From the IMG/VR virus record IMGVR_UViG_2061766007_004329: 64,000 nucleotides of DNA; one strand, 5' to 3'. Shown here one piece after another: positions 1-10,289 of the stretch (position 1 is the first letter of the stretch; each line of letters opens with the position of its first letter). A program made the position numbers and the translations under genes. Source of the DNA: an uncultured virus (IMG/VR IMGVR_UViG_2061766007_004329). Taxonomy: Duplodnaviria; Heunggongvirae; Uroviricota; Caudoviricetes. The notes under the pieces are model-generated. The model saw only the letters and a program-made list of their open reading frames with translations, did not search any database and was not told the origin of the DNA.

Positions 1-1572
1 TCACTCCCCCACAACCACATCAATACCCCCGACGAAGGTGAAAACGATTCTGTCCTTTGTATAGACCGTCACATGGTCTACAATTCCGCCCCAGAGCTCT
101 TCATCGAAAACTGTCTGTTCTCCATCAATTGTCATAAGATTGGCGATAAAGATTCGGATGCGCTCACTCAGTACAGTTTTCTCTCTTTTCTTTGCCTTTA
201 TCTCCTCCCGCCGTGTCCGTTTTGTATCATAGCGATCATAGACGGCATTGTATTTCTGGTTATACTCGTCCTGCTCCTGATCTACATGAGCGTTTTCCAC
301 AATGAGACGGCGAAGCTCTTCCTCTAAGATCGTGATCTCCTGGTCTAGCTGCTTCTTCTCCTCATCCAGGGTAGAAGTGTCAGAAACCAACTGCCCGAGC
401 TTTCCCAGATTGGCAATGACCTCTTCCTTCTCCCCTATCATCTGATTCAGGGCTTGCAGAAAAAGTCGCTTTATATCCTCTTCTGTCAGATGCGGTGTCC
501 CGCATTTTTGCTGACGGCGATATTTCTGATTGCACTGATATATGATCCTGCGGTACTTGTCCGTGGAATGCCATACCTTTTTGCCATACCACCCTCCACA
601 TTCTCCGCACTTGATTCTCGATGCGAATACACTAGCGCCGCTGTAATATGTGCCCTTGCCACCGCGCTTCTTCAACTCAGACTGCACCAGTTCAAAGGTT
701 GACGGGGCTATAATCGGTTTATGATGCTCCTCCACATAATACTTGGGAATTTCGCCCTCGTTTTTCTTTCGCTTCTTCTGGAGGAAATCCACAGTATAAC
801 CTTTCTGCAGTAAGGCACAACCTTTGTATTTCTCGTTCATAAGGATTGATTTTATTGTAGAAACAGACCATGTGTCCTTTCCACAGGGCGTTTTCAGGCC
901 ACGGCTTTTCAGTTCTTTTGTGATGGCATAAAGCGAAAGGCCAGACAGAAAGAGCTTATAGATCAGCATCACAGTCTCCGCTTCTTCTTTGTTTATCACA
1001 AAACCCTTGTCATAGCCAAGAAAATGAGAGTATGCCACACTGGCTTTCCCGTCTGCAAAAGACTTTCGCTTTCCCCAGGTTGTATTCTCAGAAATGCTTC
1101 GGCTTTCCTCCTGGGCAAGACTACTCATAATTGTGATGAGCAACTCGCCTTTGGAATCAAGCGTCCAAATATTCTCCTTCTCGAAAAAGATCTCAACGCC
1201 GTTTTCCTTAAGTTTCCGTACCGTGGTCAGGGAATCGACCGTGTTTCTCGCAAAGCGACTGATCGATTTCGTTATGATGAGGTCTATCTTCCCGGCAAGC
1301 GCATCCTCTATCATTCTGTTGAATCCGTCCCTGTGGAGTGTGTTTGTTGCTGTAATGCCCTCGTCAGAATACATGCCCACAAATTCCCAGTCGTTTCTCG
1401 ATGTGATGTAGGTTCTGTAGTAGTCCATCTGGGCTTCATAACTGGACTGCTGCTCCTCAAGATCGGTTGATACCCGCGCATATCCGGCGACCTTTTTCTT
1501 TTCTGCTGCATAGATTGGCGCTGATGTAAACCTGTTCAGTGTCGCGGGAATCGCTGTTATTCTCTTTGCCAT
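1..1572 (-). CDS. Large serine recombinase (resolvase + recombinase + Zn ribbon + coiled coil)
   Basis: YARVST catalytic motif, TKSISRFARN, CGECG zinc ribbon, coiled coil. Confidence 0.95.
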   Translation of the reverse strand: MAKRITAIPATLNRFTSAPIYAAEKKKVAGYARVSTDLEEQQSSYEAQMDYYRTYITSRNDWEFVGMYSDEGITATNTLHRDGFNRMIEDALAGKIDLIITKSISRFARNTVDSLTTVRKLKENGVEIFFEKENIWTLDSKGELLITIMSSLAQEESRSISENTTWGKRKSFADGKASVAYSHFLGYDKGFVINKEEAETVMLIYKLFLSGLSLYAITKELKSRGLKTPCGKDTWSVSTIKSILMNEKYKGCALLQKGYTVDFLQKKRKKNEGEIPKYYVEEHHKPIIAPSTFELVQSELKKRGGKGTYYSGASVFASRIKCGECGGWYGKKVWHSTDKYRRIIYQCNQKYRRQQKCGTPHLTEEDIKRLFLQALNQMIGEKEEVIANLGKLGQLVSDTSTLDEEKKQLDQEITILEEELRRLIVENAHVDQEQDEYNQKYNAVYDRYDTKRTRREEIKAKKREKTVLSERIRIFIANLMTIDGEQTVFDEELWGGIVDHVTVYTKDRIVFTFVGGIDVVVGE

Positions 1573-3080
1573 GTTTTCACCGTCCCGTCTTTGAATTGAT
1601 ACTGGACACAGTCATTAAAAACAATCGTCCAGTTCACCGTCTCTACGAAAGCAGGCTCATATTCAGTTGTCCCGAGAACAGATGCTGTCGCCCGCCGCAA
1701 TTCCTCCTCGGGTAAACGTTTGAGAGAGCAGCTGCATCGCGGGCCAGTACAACACCAACGATAAGTCTTTTCAACTGATTCTGCTTTATGTAACGCCACG
1801 GTTTTTCTGCAGAGCTTCCAGCCACATTCACCGCAAAACAGTTTCCCGGAAAAACCGTTTCTGACTTTATATCCACCATATTCCCTCACCACGCTTTTCT
1901 TTCTTCCGTTTGCTAACCAAAACTCGAGCCGGTCGCCGAATACGAGTATCCTCTTGACTTGCCTCTGAAAGTTCGTATCATCCACCTTTCCTAATACGCT
2001 GACCGTCGCCTTCTCAAGCTCTGCTTCCATGACGGGACGCATGTCGCATAGGCCCTTGCCTTTCCGCTCCCTCGTGTTGCAAACCCATCTCTTCGCAGAT
2101 TTGAAAGAACGTCTACTGATACCGCTTCCACAGTTTCCACATTTTATCAGCCCGGAGTATTGAGTCGAAACTGCAGAGGCACTCGCCGATTCTTGAGCCC
2201 TTCGTTCCCGTATGGTTTTTGCCTGTTCAAATTCATCCGTCGTAATCAGAGGTTCGAACATCTCTTCGACTGCGTACCGGTTGTATTCTCCTCTATTCCG
2301 TTTACGCACATGATCATCTGTGAAGAAGTTCTTTTGGAGGATCATAGTCCCTGTATAGGAGATGTTTGAAATAATATCCTTAATCGTGGTATCGCACATA
2401 GGGCCGCCTTTCTGCCCTTTTATGCCTCGTTTCTTCAGATTCTTGGCAATACTGTATCCCGATTCTCCGGCGATGTACTGCCGGAATATTTCCTTTACAA
2501 CCTCGCCTTGCTCGGGGATAATGCGGAACATTTCTCCATCCCATTTATATCCATATGGCGCTTTATGTCCGTTGGGTATACCATTCTCGAATCGCTTCCT
2601 GATCGACCATTTGATGTTTGTAGATATGCTCTCGCTTTCCGCCTGTGCGAACGCTGCCAGCAGCGTCAGAAGAAGCTCGCCATCCGCTGAAAAAGAAGAA
2701 ATACCTTCGCGCTCAAACCTGACTTCCACGCCGATATCATTCAGGTGCCGGATGGTCTTAAGGGAGTCTACTGTATCACGTGCCAGTCTGCTGACTGATT
2801 TTACCAGTATTAAATCAATTTTCCCTAAATCACAGTCTGCAATAAGCCTTTTGAACTCGCTCCTGCGGTCAATGCTTGTCCCTGTCACCCCCTCATCGAC
2901 ATAAGCACCTGCATATTCCCATTCGGGATGAGCTTGTATCATCTGCCTGTAATGGCTGACCTGTGCAGAAAGAGAATGAAGCAATGATTCTGTTGCATCT
3001 GAAACCCGGGCATAGGCTGCAACACGTTTCCTGGGTGCAATCTTTGCCGGCGGTGCTATAATCTTACTTATAGTGGGCAT
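1557..3080 (-). CDS. Large serine recombinase, second tandem copy with two Zn ribbons
   Basis: YARVS, KSVSRLARD, CGNCG and CGECG motifs. Confidence 0.93.
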   Translation of the reverse strand: MPTISKIIAPPAKIAPRKRVAAYARVSDATESLLHSLSAQVSHYRQMIQAHPEWEYAGAYVDEGVTGTSIDRRSEFKRLIADCDLGKIDLILVKSVSRLARDTVDSLKTIRHLNDIGVEVRFEREGISSFSADGELLLTLLAAFAQAESESISTNIKWSIRKRFENGIPNGHKAPYGYKWDGEMFRIIPEQGEVVKEIFRQYIAGESGYSIAKNLKKRGIKGQKGGPMCDTTIKDIISNISYTGTMILQKNFFTDDHVRKRNRGEYNRYAVEEMFEPLITTDEFEQAKTIRERRAQESASASAVSTQYSGLIKCGNCGSGISRRSFKSAKRWVCNTRERKGKGLCDMRPVMEAELEKATVSVLGKVDDTNFQRQVKRILVFGDRLEFWLANGRKKSVVREYGGYKVRNGFSGKLFCGECGWKLCRKTVALHKAESVEKTYRWCCTGPRCSCSLKRLPEEELRRATASVLGTTEYEPAFVETVNWTIVFNDCVQYQFKDGTVKTWQRE

Positions 3081-3123
3081 TCACTGCACCTCCTCTTGGG
3101 TCTATCTTGGCATGTCTCTCCAA

Positions 3124-3300
3124 CTATAGCAAGTTAAGGTTAGTAAACAAGCCACCAAATATTGGCTTATACTTTTGTTGCATTATCTCATCAAATCGTC
3201 TGTACTGCTCTCTTGTAATCATCTGTTCTTCCATTAATTTTTTCGCTATATTCATTGTCATCTGATAGGCAATTTCTCTACGTCCCTCTTCTTTCGTCAC
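3124..3300 (-). CDS. Small SHOCT-like protein typical upstream of tandem recombinases
   Basis: GTG start after GGAGGA; LMEEQMITREQY...KYKPIFGGL pattern; position. Confidence 0.7.
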   Translation of the reverse strand: MTKEEGRREIAYQMTMNIAKKLMEEQMITREQYRRFDEIMQQKYKPIFGGLFTNLNLL

Positions 3301-3706
3301 AGTGTTTTCCTCCAAATCTGTATCTAATATAGCAATCATGTGAGCAGTATTTCCTATGTGCATTACCATATGTAGAAAACACTTTCCCACAGGACTGACA
3401 GACACATTCATAATTAGCCTTCCGCTTTACCAGATCAAGATGACTATTCCACCAGGTATTACGACAGCGGTCGGAGCAAAACTGTTTGGTTTTCCTGCCC
3501 GGTATCCGAAGAATTACAGCCCCACAGCATTTACAGATAGCTCTTCCTTTTGCAACCTGAATAGAAACAGCCTGACCACTTAGCCCATTTCTTTTACAAA
3601 ATGACTTTATGGTGTTTTCGCTTAAATTGATAATCTGACTGATCCTTTTATATCCATACCCTTCTTTACGATATTCCATAATAGAATTCTTTTGCTCATC
3701 CGTCAT
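3278..3706 (-). CDS. HTH (sigma-70 region 4-like) plus Cys-rich Zn-finger DNA-binding protein
   Basis: GYGYKRISQIINLSENTIKSFC HTH; CxxC/CSxxC repeats. Confidence 0.8.
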   Translation of the reverse strand: MTDEQKNSIMEYRKEGYGYKRISQIINLSENTIKSFCKRNGLSGQAVSIQVAKGRAICKCCGAVILRIPGRKTKQFCSDRCRNTWWNSHLDLVKRKANYECVCQSCGKVFSTYGNAHRKYCSHDCYIRYRFGGKHCDERRGT

Positions 3707-3778
3707 AGTTCTACTCCTTGTAGAATAGCTCTATAGTTTAAAGAAAAATGGAGACCGGTCGCCCAGCCTCCTTGGCTA

Positions 3779-4999
3779 TTATTCTCTTCTGGAATCCTCC
3801 CCGGACACCCAGCCAACCTGCCTGTCCAGCAGAACGGCATGCCAGCCGTTCACCGCCGTGGCGATGTACGGAAAATGCGCGCCATTCTCTGCGGCGGTGA
3901 TNNNNNNNNNNCGCGCGAAGTTGATACCATTGCCCACACGGATATCGACCGTGCCGTCGCTGCAGACGATGGTGACCTCAGGGGCGGCATCCTTGCCGGC
4001 GGGCGTTTCTTCCACGGCCTGGTCAGTGCCGGGGAGATCGGCAGCAAGCTCTTGCTCCTTCTTTCTTGCGTCGTCTTCGGCCACAGCGCTCATAAGCGCC
4101 TTGTGGGTATCCTGACCGTACAGGCCGTCCTCCTTCAGCTGGAACTTCTTCTGGAACGACCGCACGGCGGCCTCGGTCTTGCTGCCGAAATTGCCGTCCT
4201 CTTCCAGAGCCGGCGTGACGATCTGAAGGTGGTTCAGATATTCCTGAAGTGTTTTCACGTCGTCGCCGTTCATGCCCTTCTTCAGCAGACGGGTGCCGAG
4301 AAGGCTTTCGGCTTCAGAGGGGCCATCATTGTAAGCAGGCTCTTCTGCCGGTGCAACAGCCCCCATCAGCGCAGCGACATCGTCGCGGATGGTCTCCAGC
4401 GTCTTCCCGAACCTGGGAAACCAATGGGCGATATCCCCATGATTGTTGCCCAGCTCCAGGGCGTGGCTGGTGCGGTGGTCCAAAATGACTGGGACGTCCA
4501 CGCCATTGAAGCGCACAGAGCCATGCGGATCGAGGCCATACATCCGACAGAGATAAGCCGTCAGCTCACACGCTTCCCTGTAGACGGACATGGCATAATC
4601 ACGGTTATTCAGGCCGTCTTCACAGATTTCGAACTGGATCCAGGCGGAATTGCAGGAGCCCTTCTTGCCGGCGCCGCAGCCCCAGGGCGCCCAGTTCCAG
4701 GGCAAAGTCTGAACCGCAGCAACGGACCCATCGGCCAACTTTCCGATCCAGGCGTTCATGCCCATATTCCGGGTCTTATGGTTGATGTCGTTGTGATACT
4801 TGTTCGTGCCGAGCAGCTCGAGCATCCGGACACGGTCCACCGCGTTGTCGCTGGGCTGGATGTAGCGGCACAGATTGGGATTATTCGCGCCGGTGCTGTG
4901 CCACAGCACGCCCTTCACGGTCATGGGCTTGGTGCCCTTGTAACAGGTGCTCTGCGTCTGCATGCAGATGAGGGGTTTATTGTTGCCATTATACTTCAT
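3779..4999 (-). CDS. Endolysin: amidase-2-like domain + peptidoglycan-binding domain + SH3-like C-terminus (contains gap)
   Basis: HSTG...FEICED...H motifs; DGNFGSKT/DGLYGQDT PG-binding repeats; next to holin. Confidence 0.88.
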   Translation of the reverse strand: MKYNGNNKPLICMQTQSTCYKGTKPMTVKGVLWHSTGANNPNLCRYIQPSDNAVDRVRMLELLGTNKYHNDINHKTRNMGMNAWIGKLADGSVAAVQTLPWNWAPWGCGAGKKGSCNSAWIQFEICEDGLNNRDYAMSVYREACELTAYLCRMYGLDPHGSVRFNGVDVPVILDHRTSHALELGNNHGDIAHWFPRFGKTLETIRDDVAALMGAVAPAEEPAYNDGPSEAESLLGTRLLKKGMNGDDVKTLQEYLNHLQIVTPALEEDGNFGSKTEAAVRSFQKKFQLKEDGLYGQDTHKALMSAVAEDDARKKEQELAADLPGTDQAVEETPAGKDAAPEVTIVCSDGTVDIRVGNGINFAXXXXITAAENGAHFPYIATAVNGWHAVLLDRQVGWVSGEDSRRE

Positions 5000-5071
5000 A
5001 CTTGCCTCCATAAAAGAAGGGCGGCGGTTTTTCCCCGTCGCCCGTGTCGGTATACTCCTGCGGCGAATAAG

Positions 5072-5527
5072 TCAATCGCCTTTATCCATGTCGTCCACAT
5101 CATCTTTTTCCTTCTCTTCTCGCCGGTGGAGTTGAGACAGCACTTCCTTCAGCCGCTCAGGGACGGGCAGTCCGATATAGGCCGCGTTCTCCAGCAGCGA
5201 CAGGCCTTCGTTGCTCAGGTAGAAGCAGATGACGGCCCCGCGCAGCGCACTGCCGTTGCCCACCACGTGGACGTCGATGATGTTGGCAACGCCCACCAGC
5301 ATCAGGATCAGCACCTTCTTGCAGATGCCCTTGAAGCCGACGGCACTGGACAGCTTCTTGTCCATGACGGCGCACATCACACCGGTGATGTAATCCAGCA
5401 CCATCAGCACGATCAGTGCGATCATCATGCCGTCAATCCCTCCCACAAAGTAACCCAGCCATCCCCCAATGGCGGTGATGGCCATCTGAGCCTTCGCCCA
5501 GACCAGTTCAATCGTGAAGTCTTTCAT
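5072..5527 (-). CDS. Phage holin (Phage_holin_4_1 type)
   Basis: DYITG, SSAVGFKGICKK, NEGLSLLENA motifs and TM segments. Confidence 0.93.
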   Translation of the reverse strand: MKDFTIELVWAKAQMAITAIGGWLGYFVGGIDGMMIALIVLMVLDYITGVMCAVMDKKLSSAVGFKGICKKVLILMLVGVANIIDVHVVGNGSALRGAVICFYLSNEGLSLLENAAYIGLPVPERLKEVLSQLHRREEKEKDDVDDMDKGD

Positions 5528-5621
5528 AAAGCGTCCTCCTTCTTTTATTGCACTTATATGGAAAAACCGCCCCAATCGGAGCGGCTGATCCTTCAGTTAT
5601 CCATCTTTTTCTGCTTCTGTG

Positions 5622-5650
5622 TTGCATGTTTCCGGTCCCCATGCTATTAT
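5622..5650 (+). promoter_or_regulatory. Putative sigma-A promoter of the phosphotransferase moron
   Basis: TTGCAT-17 nt-TATTAT with extended TG. Confidence 0.55.
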
Positions 5651-5705
5651 AACGATAACGCCTTTACCCCGCGGCGATTCCGGCAATCATTCGGGCGGTG
5701 ATGCT

Positions 5706-6398
5706 ATGAGCTTCGAAGACAATAACAAACAGCCCCTCAATGGTGGCCGGGTAACAAAAAGCCTGTTCCTGCTGCATGGCGCCGTCCACCGTCCGAAGCG
5801 CCCCAACTCGGCTTTCGTTGCAGGCGTACTGGCCTACGCTCATGCGAATGGACTGGACTTTGTGCCGGAGTATCTGGGTGAAGACGAGGATGGCAACGAC
5901 ATGTTCTCATTCATCCCGGGCGAAGTTCCCACTGATCTCGGTGAATTCAGCGATACACAACTGTGCAGGGCAGCAGAGCTGATCAGGCGATTTCACACCG
6001 TCATGCGAGACTACGTCGGTGATGAACGCCTGACTGTCTGTCACAATGACCTGTCGCCCTGCAACTTCACTTTCGTGGACGGTATGCCGAGCGGCATCAT
6101 CGATTTTGACGCCTGTGCGGCCGGTGAAGCGGAAGACGATTTGGCCTACGCGCTGTGGATGTGGTTGGATATCGGCAACGCGGATCAGGAACCGCAATAT
6201 GTCGCCCATAGATTCAAACGCATGCGGCAGGCATACGACTGCGAGCTGAACGATCACGTTCTGGCCGACCGCATCCTGAAGCAGATGAGCCGTGTAGAAC
6301 ACAGCGTTTTCACCGACCCGGCGCAAACCCAAAAGACAACAGCATGGGCGCGCAGCTGTGCGATCTGGCTGAAAAGCAATCTCATTCCGCTGCTGTAA
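5706..6398 (+). CDS. APH/choline-kinase-fold phosphotransferase (moron)
   Basis: CHNDLSPCN Brenner motif, IIDFD, DLA; opposite strand to phage genes. Confidence 0.85.
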   Translation: MSFEDNNKQPLNGGRVTKSLFLLHGAVHRPKRPNSAFVAGVLAYAHANGLDFVPEYLGEDEDGNDMFSFIPGEVPTDLGEFSDTQLCRAAELIRRFHTVMRDYVGDERLTVCHNDLSPCNFTFVDGMPSGIIDFDACAAGEAEDDLAYALWMWLDIGNADQEPQYVAHRFKRMRQAYDCELNDHVLADRILKQMSRVEHSVFTDPAQTQKTTAWARSCAIWLKSNLIPLL

Positions 6399-6405
6399 TT
6401 CAGTT

Positions 6406-6432
6406 CCCGATCGCGACCCAATCAATCGCCCT
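6406..6432. repeat. 27-bp direct repeat, copy 1 (duplicate of the tail-gene 3' end)
   Basis: CCCGATCGCGACCCAATCAATCGCCCT matches 8008-8034 at 26/27. Confidence 0.85.
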
Positions 6433-6536
6433 TTGACCGGGCTCAATGCCATAGAAAAAAGAGCCGTTGAAGCGACTCTGTGGTGAGAAGGACTATCTGT
6501 ATTTCTTTTCTATAAAGGCAGCTCTGCCGCCTCATG

Positions 6537-7722
6537 TCAGGGCAATAGATCGATGACGGGAACGTCGACAGGCATGCTGTCCTTCAGGATGGACTCATGA
6601 GCAAGCAGCCCGGGGACGGTAAAACGCGCGGCCAGTGCTGCGTTCACCGTGGGCGTGGTTCCGTTGAAGGCGGCAGTGCAGAAATCATCCACCAGCAGCT
6701 GATGTGAGCCCATGTGGCCGTTGGGCAGCCCGTGGAAGCTCTCAGGCAGGCGCGCGACGCGCTCGTCCTGCTGAGGTGAAAAGGCGTCCCACTGCCAGGT
6801 GTGGTTGGCGACACGCTGCTTGAAGTCCACGTCGCCGCGGTGTTCCTCCATGGCGCGCGGGTTGACCTCTGCGCTCACATCGGTCAGGTCGACACCTTCC
6901 TTCGTGAGACGGGTCACGATGTGCTGGGCGTTGCTGAACTGATACGAGCCCTGGGTGCCGTAAAAGCCGCTGATATACGAACTAGGCGCTTTATAGCCGA
7001 TGCGCCGGCACTCATTGATGCGAATGGTGCCACCATTGGCCAGCTTCATCAGCGAATAGCTGTTTGAATACACATTGTCCCATTGATTGACGCCGCGTCT
7101 GAAGAGGCCGTCCTCTTCCTGATCTTCATAGCCCATGGCTACCACTTTCGTGACGTAGCTGTCCACTGCATTGAGCAACATGGAGGTGGAGTGCGTAGGA
7201 TAGAAGAACGGCGGCACGCCCGCGCTGCTCCTGTCCGCGCGGAACTTCTCGGAAAAATGCGAGATGTCATGGAAGTACTGCGCTTCGCCATAGACGAAGC
7301 GACCGAAATCGCCCCGCGCGTAATGCGCCTTACAGAACATCGAACAGGGGTAATAGACGCAGGTCTCGCCCATCATGTAGGTAAGTCCGGTTTGCCGCAC
7401 CAGATCCACAATTTCCAGGCACTCGTCTACGCGGCTGGCCATGGGCACAGCCGAATAGACGTGTTTGCCGGCTCTGAGCGCGGCCTTCACCAGCGGGCCA
7501 TGCAAATGGCGCTGGACGAAGATTGCCACGGCGTTGACGGCGGGCGACCGGNNNNNNNNNNNNNNNNNNNNNNNNNNNNNNNNNNNNNNNNNNNNNNNNN
7601 NNNGCGCGGATCAGATCGCACACATACACCTTCTCCACCAGTGGATGTGCCTTGAACAGCGGAATAAAAGACTTTGAAAAAGCGCCGCAGCCGATGACGG
7701 CGATTGTCAGTTTTTTACTCAT
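6537..7722 (-). CDS. Gfo/Idh/MocA family NAD(P)-dependent oxidoreductase (moron; gap splits the frame)
   Basis: IAVIGCG Rossmann start, ALRAGKHVYSAVP, YPTHS; ORFs 7330-7722 and 6537-7529 join across the N-run. Confidence 0.88.
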
Positions 7723-7747
7723 GTCGGATTCCCCCCCATTTACGACT

Positions 7748-7776
7748 ATTCTATCGCTTTCTGTGCCTTATTGCAA
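7748..7776 (-). promoter_or_regulatory. Putative sigma-A promoter of the oxidoreductase
   Basis: TTGCAA-17 nt-TAGAAT on the minus strand. Confidence 0.6.
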
Positions 7777-8001
7777 GCGATGATCAGCCGAAAGAATAAC
7801 AGTTGCGGTTTTTTACCGTGGTCGTGAATGCTTTTTGTTCCATTCCTGCAGAGCCATCATAGAGCTGAAGAAGACAATGACAGCCAGAAACCTGAGCCAG
7901 GGGAGCGCGGCAACATAAAATTCATCGATCATGCGGATACAGTGGATGATGAGAAATTCTTAATTCATGAACGTATTTTGTCTCCCATAAGGCAACCCCC
8001 T

Positions 8002-10235
8002 CTACACCCCGATCGCGAGCCAATCAATCGCCCTGGAGGTATTGAAACTGCCGCCCACGATGATGTTCGCGCCAGTGGTCGTTTTGTTGTAGATCTTCAG
8101 CGCGCCGTTGTCACCGGACCAGTTGCTCCCGGTGGTCGAATAGCTCGCCACGACATAAGGGACCGACGTGAATCCCGCGGATGAATAGTTTATGGTCAGC
8201 GCAGTACTGCCGTTTACGTTGCCGGACCCATAAGCGACTTTGAAAGGCAGCCGTGCCATGGGCACAGTCCCTGTGGTCAGGTTGCTGGCATTGTTGGCGC
8301 CGAGATTGCTTCGCGCTGTCGCCGCGTTCGCCGCTCCGGTGCCGCCGTTGGCGATGGGTATGGCAGTCGCCATGCCGGCGTGGAACAGGCGGTAGGTATT
8401 CCATGTCCCGCCCACGCAGGTGCGCAGCACCACAGCGTTGTCGTTGCTGTTCTGATTGGCCCTTGTGCGCACCTCCAGCATGCGCCGGTCATTCCCTGTC
8501 CCGTCTTCCCAAATGCCCAGGGAGATCGTCCCGGCATAGCTGCCTTCGAAAACGGCACGGTTGGTCGTTCCATTGTACGTCGGTATCAAGAACAGAGACG
8601 GATACAGGCTCGTGACGATGCTCAGATCCCCCGTCATGCTGTCGCCGGAACGTCTGACGCCGCCCAGATTGAGCAGGGCGTTTTCCGCGTCCGCCTCCCC
8701 TGTGCCGCCGTAAGCTATTCCCAGAGGCTGGNNNNNNNNNNNNNNNNNNCACGGTCTCGGGCAATTCGGCTACCTTCCCGAACGCAATGCCGTTTCCGGG
8801 GGACAGGATGTCCATGATGACGCCCTTTGTCCCGATACTCACAGACTGCGCCGCCTGGTTGTAGCTGTCTACCAGATGCACCATGATGTCATAGCTGGCC
8901 AGCGGGTCAAATGTCTGGGGAAGGAGCCGGTTAGTCACGGCCACACTGTATCCGGAGACTGCCGGCATCTCAGCCGGCGTCCATGCGGATGAGCCGCTGA
9001 GCCTGTAGTAGACAGCGTAGGCGATGGTGTTCACATCATTCAGCGGAGTAACGCTGCCCTCAAAGGAATAGCGCACCCGCGTGCCATCCACCTGGGCCGT
9101 GCCGTCCGCGTTGCATCGCTCCGCCCTGAAAAGCCGGATGGAGGGAGAGGCATACGGCAGCACCGTAAGGGGCAGCGAATAGGACGCTGTCCTGCCCCGG
9201 CTGTCCGTAATGCCGATGCTCATGGATAGCTCTCCGGAGGCATTGAAGGGCCGGCTCGCGGTAAATGAAGCCGTTGTATAGGTCAGGCCATCCAGTATGA
9301 TGCGGTAGGCCGAAACCGTGCTGCCATAAGCGCCGGAGGCTGTGACGGACACCGAAAGCCGGCTGAGGAATTGTACATACGAGCCGACTGTCTGGGCGAC
9401 GGTGGTATTCGTATCGGATACAGAATACTGTGAAATGGACGGCTTGACGGAAGAGGGAACGGTCAATGTCAGCGCACAGGAGCGGGTGCCCGTCAGGACG
9501 CCGCCATAATAACTNNNNNNNNNNNNNNNNNGCATTGGGGATCTGGGACGCCAGCGTCAGCGGAGGCGTCCAGGACACGGACGCACCCACATTGGTGGCG
9601 ATTGTGCCGCTGGCGCCGCCGAAGGTGTAAGATACCGTGTGAGTCGTACCGGTGCTCTGGCGGTTGGTGTAGATTGTCACCGGCACGCCCATGTCCGTGC
9701 TGGCCGCGGAGACTGTGGGGGCAGACACACCCTCTTCATAGGTGACCGTCATGGTGACGGCAGACCACTGCAGGTAATTGTAGGAGTAGCCGTGGCTGGT
9801 GGCGGTGGCGGAAGGATTGTAGAGCGTGAAGGTGTTGTTGCCCTGGGCGATGTAGTTCGCCATATTGGTGAGCAGCGTGCCGGCGATATTGTAGGATGTG
9901 GTATTCCCGTAGAAGGAGCCGTCGAAAGTGCCCAGGGCTGTCCCCACATAGTTGATGCCGGTTACCCCGGCGACGATGCCGCCCTGGTAATTCGACCGGC
10001 GCAGGTAAACGGTCTTCGTATGGCTTGCGCCATAACCGGCTTTTGCCGCCGTGATCGTCAATTGGATGGCCGTGATGACCTTGTTGGCCAGGTTCATGCC
10101 GGAGAAACTGAGCACGCCCACAAGGGGCTGGCTGGAATCATAGAATTCCTGGCTGGCGTCGCTGGCCTTATAGTTTGAGGATGACGCGGCCAGGCGCGTC
10201 ACCATGGAAGCAGCATAACTGACTGTTGTAGACAT
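8002..10235 (-). CDS. Minor tail/receptor-binding protein (DUF859-like, lectin-like C-terminus); gapped
   Basis: TDSRGRT, GIAFGKVAE, PIANGGTGA motifs; ORFs 9060-10235, 8489-9535 and 8002-8637 separated by N-runs. Confidence 0.7.
8008..8034. repeat. 27-bp direct repeat, copy 2 (last codons of the tail gene)
   Basis: Encodes RAIDWLAIG on the minus strand; duplicated at 6406-6432. Confidence 0.85.
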
Positions 10236-10289
10236 CGGTATTCTCCTGCTCTTTCTGATTAATCTTATCCGTAATAGATCAGCCCTGTC

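Noticed and set aside
3839..5701. Long plus-strand ORFs antisense to phage genes (also 21688-22860, 37137-38357, 38754-40154, 46506-47618)
   Set aside because: Shadow ORFs from GC-rich codon bias, with no motifs or RBS.
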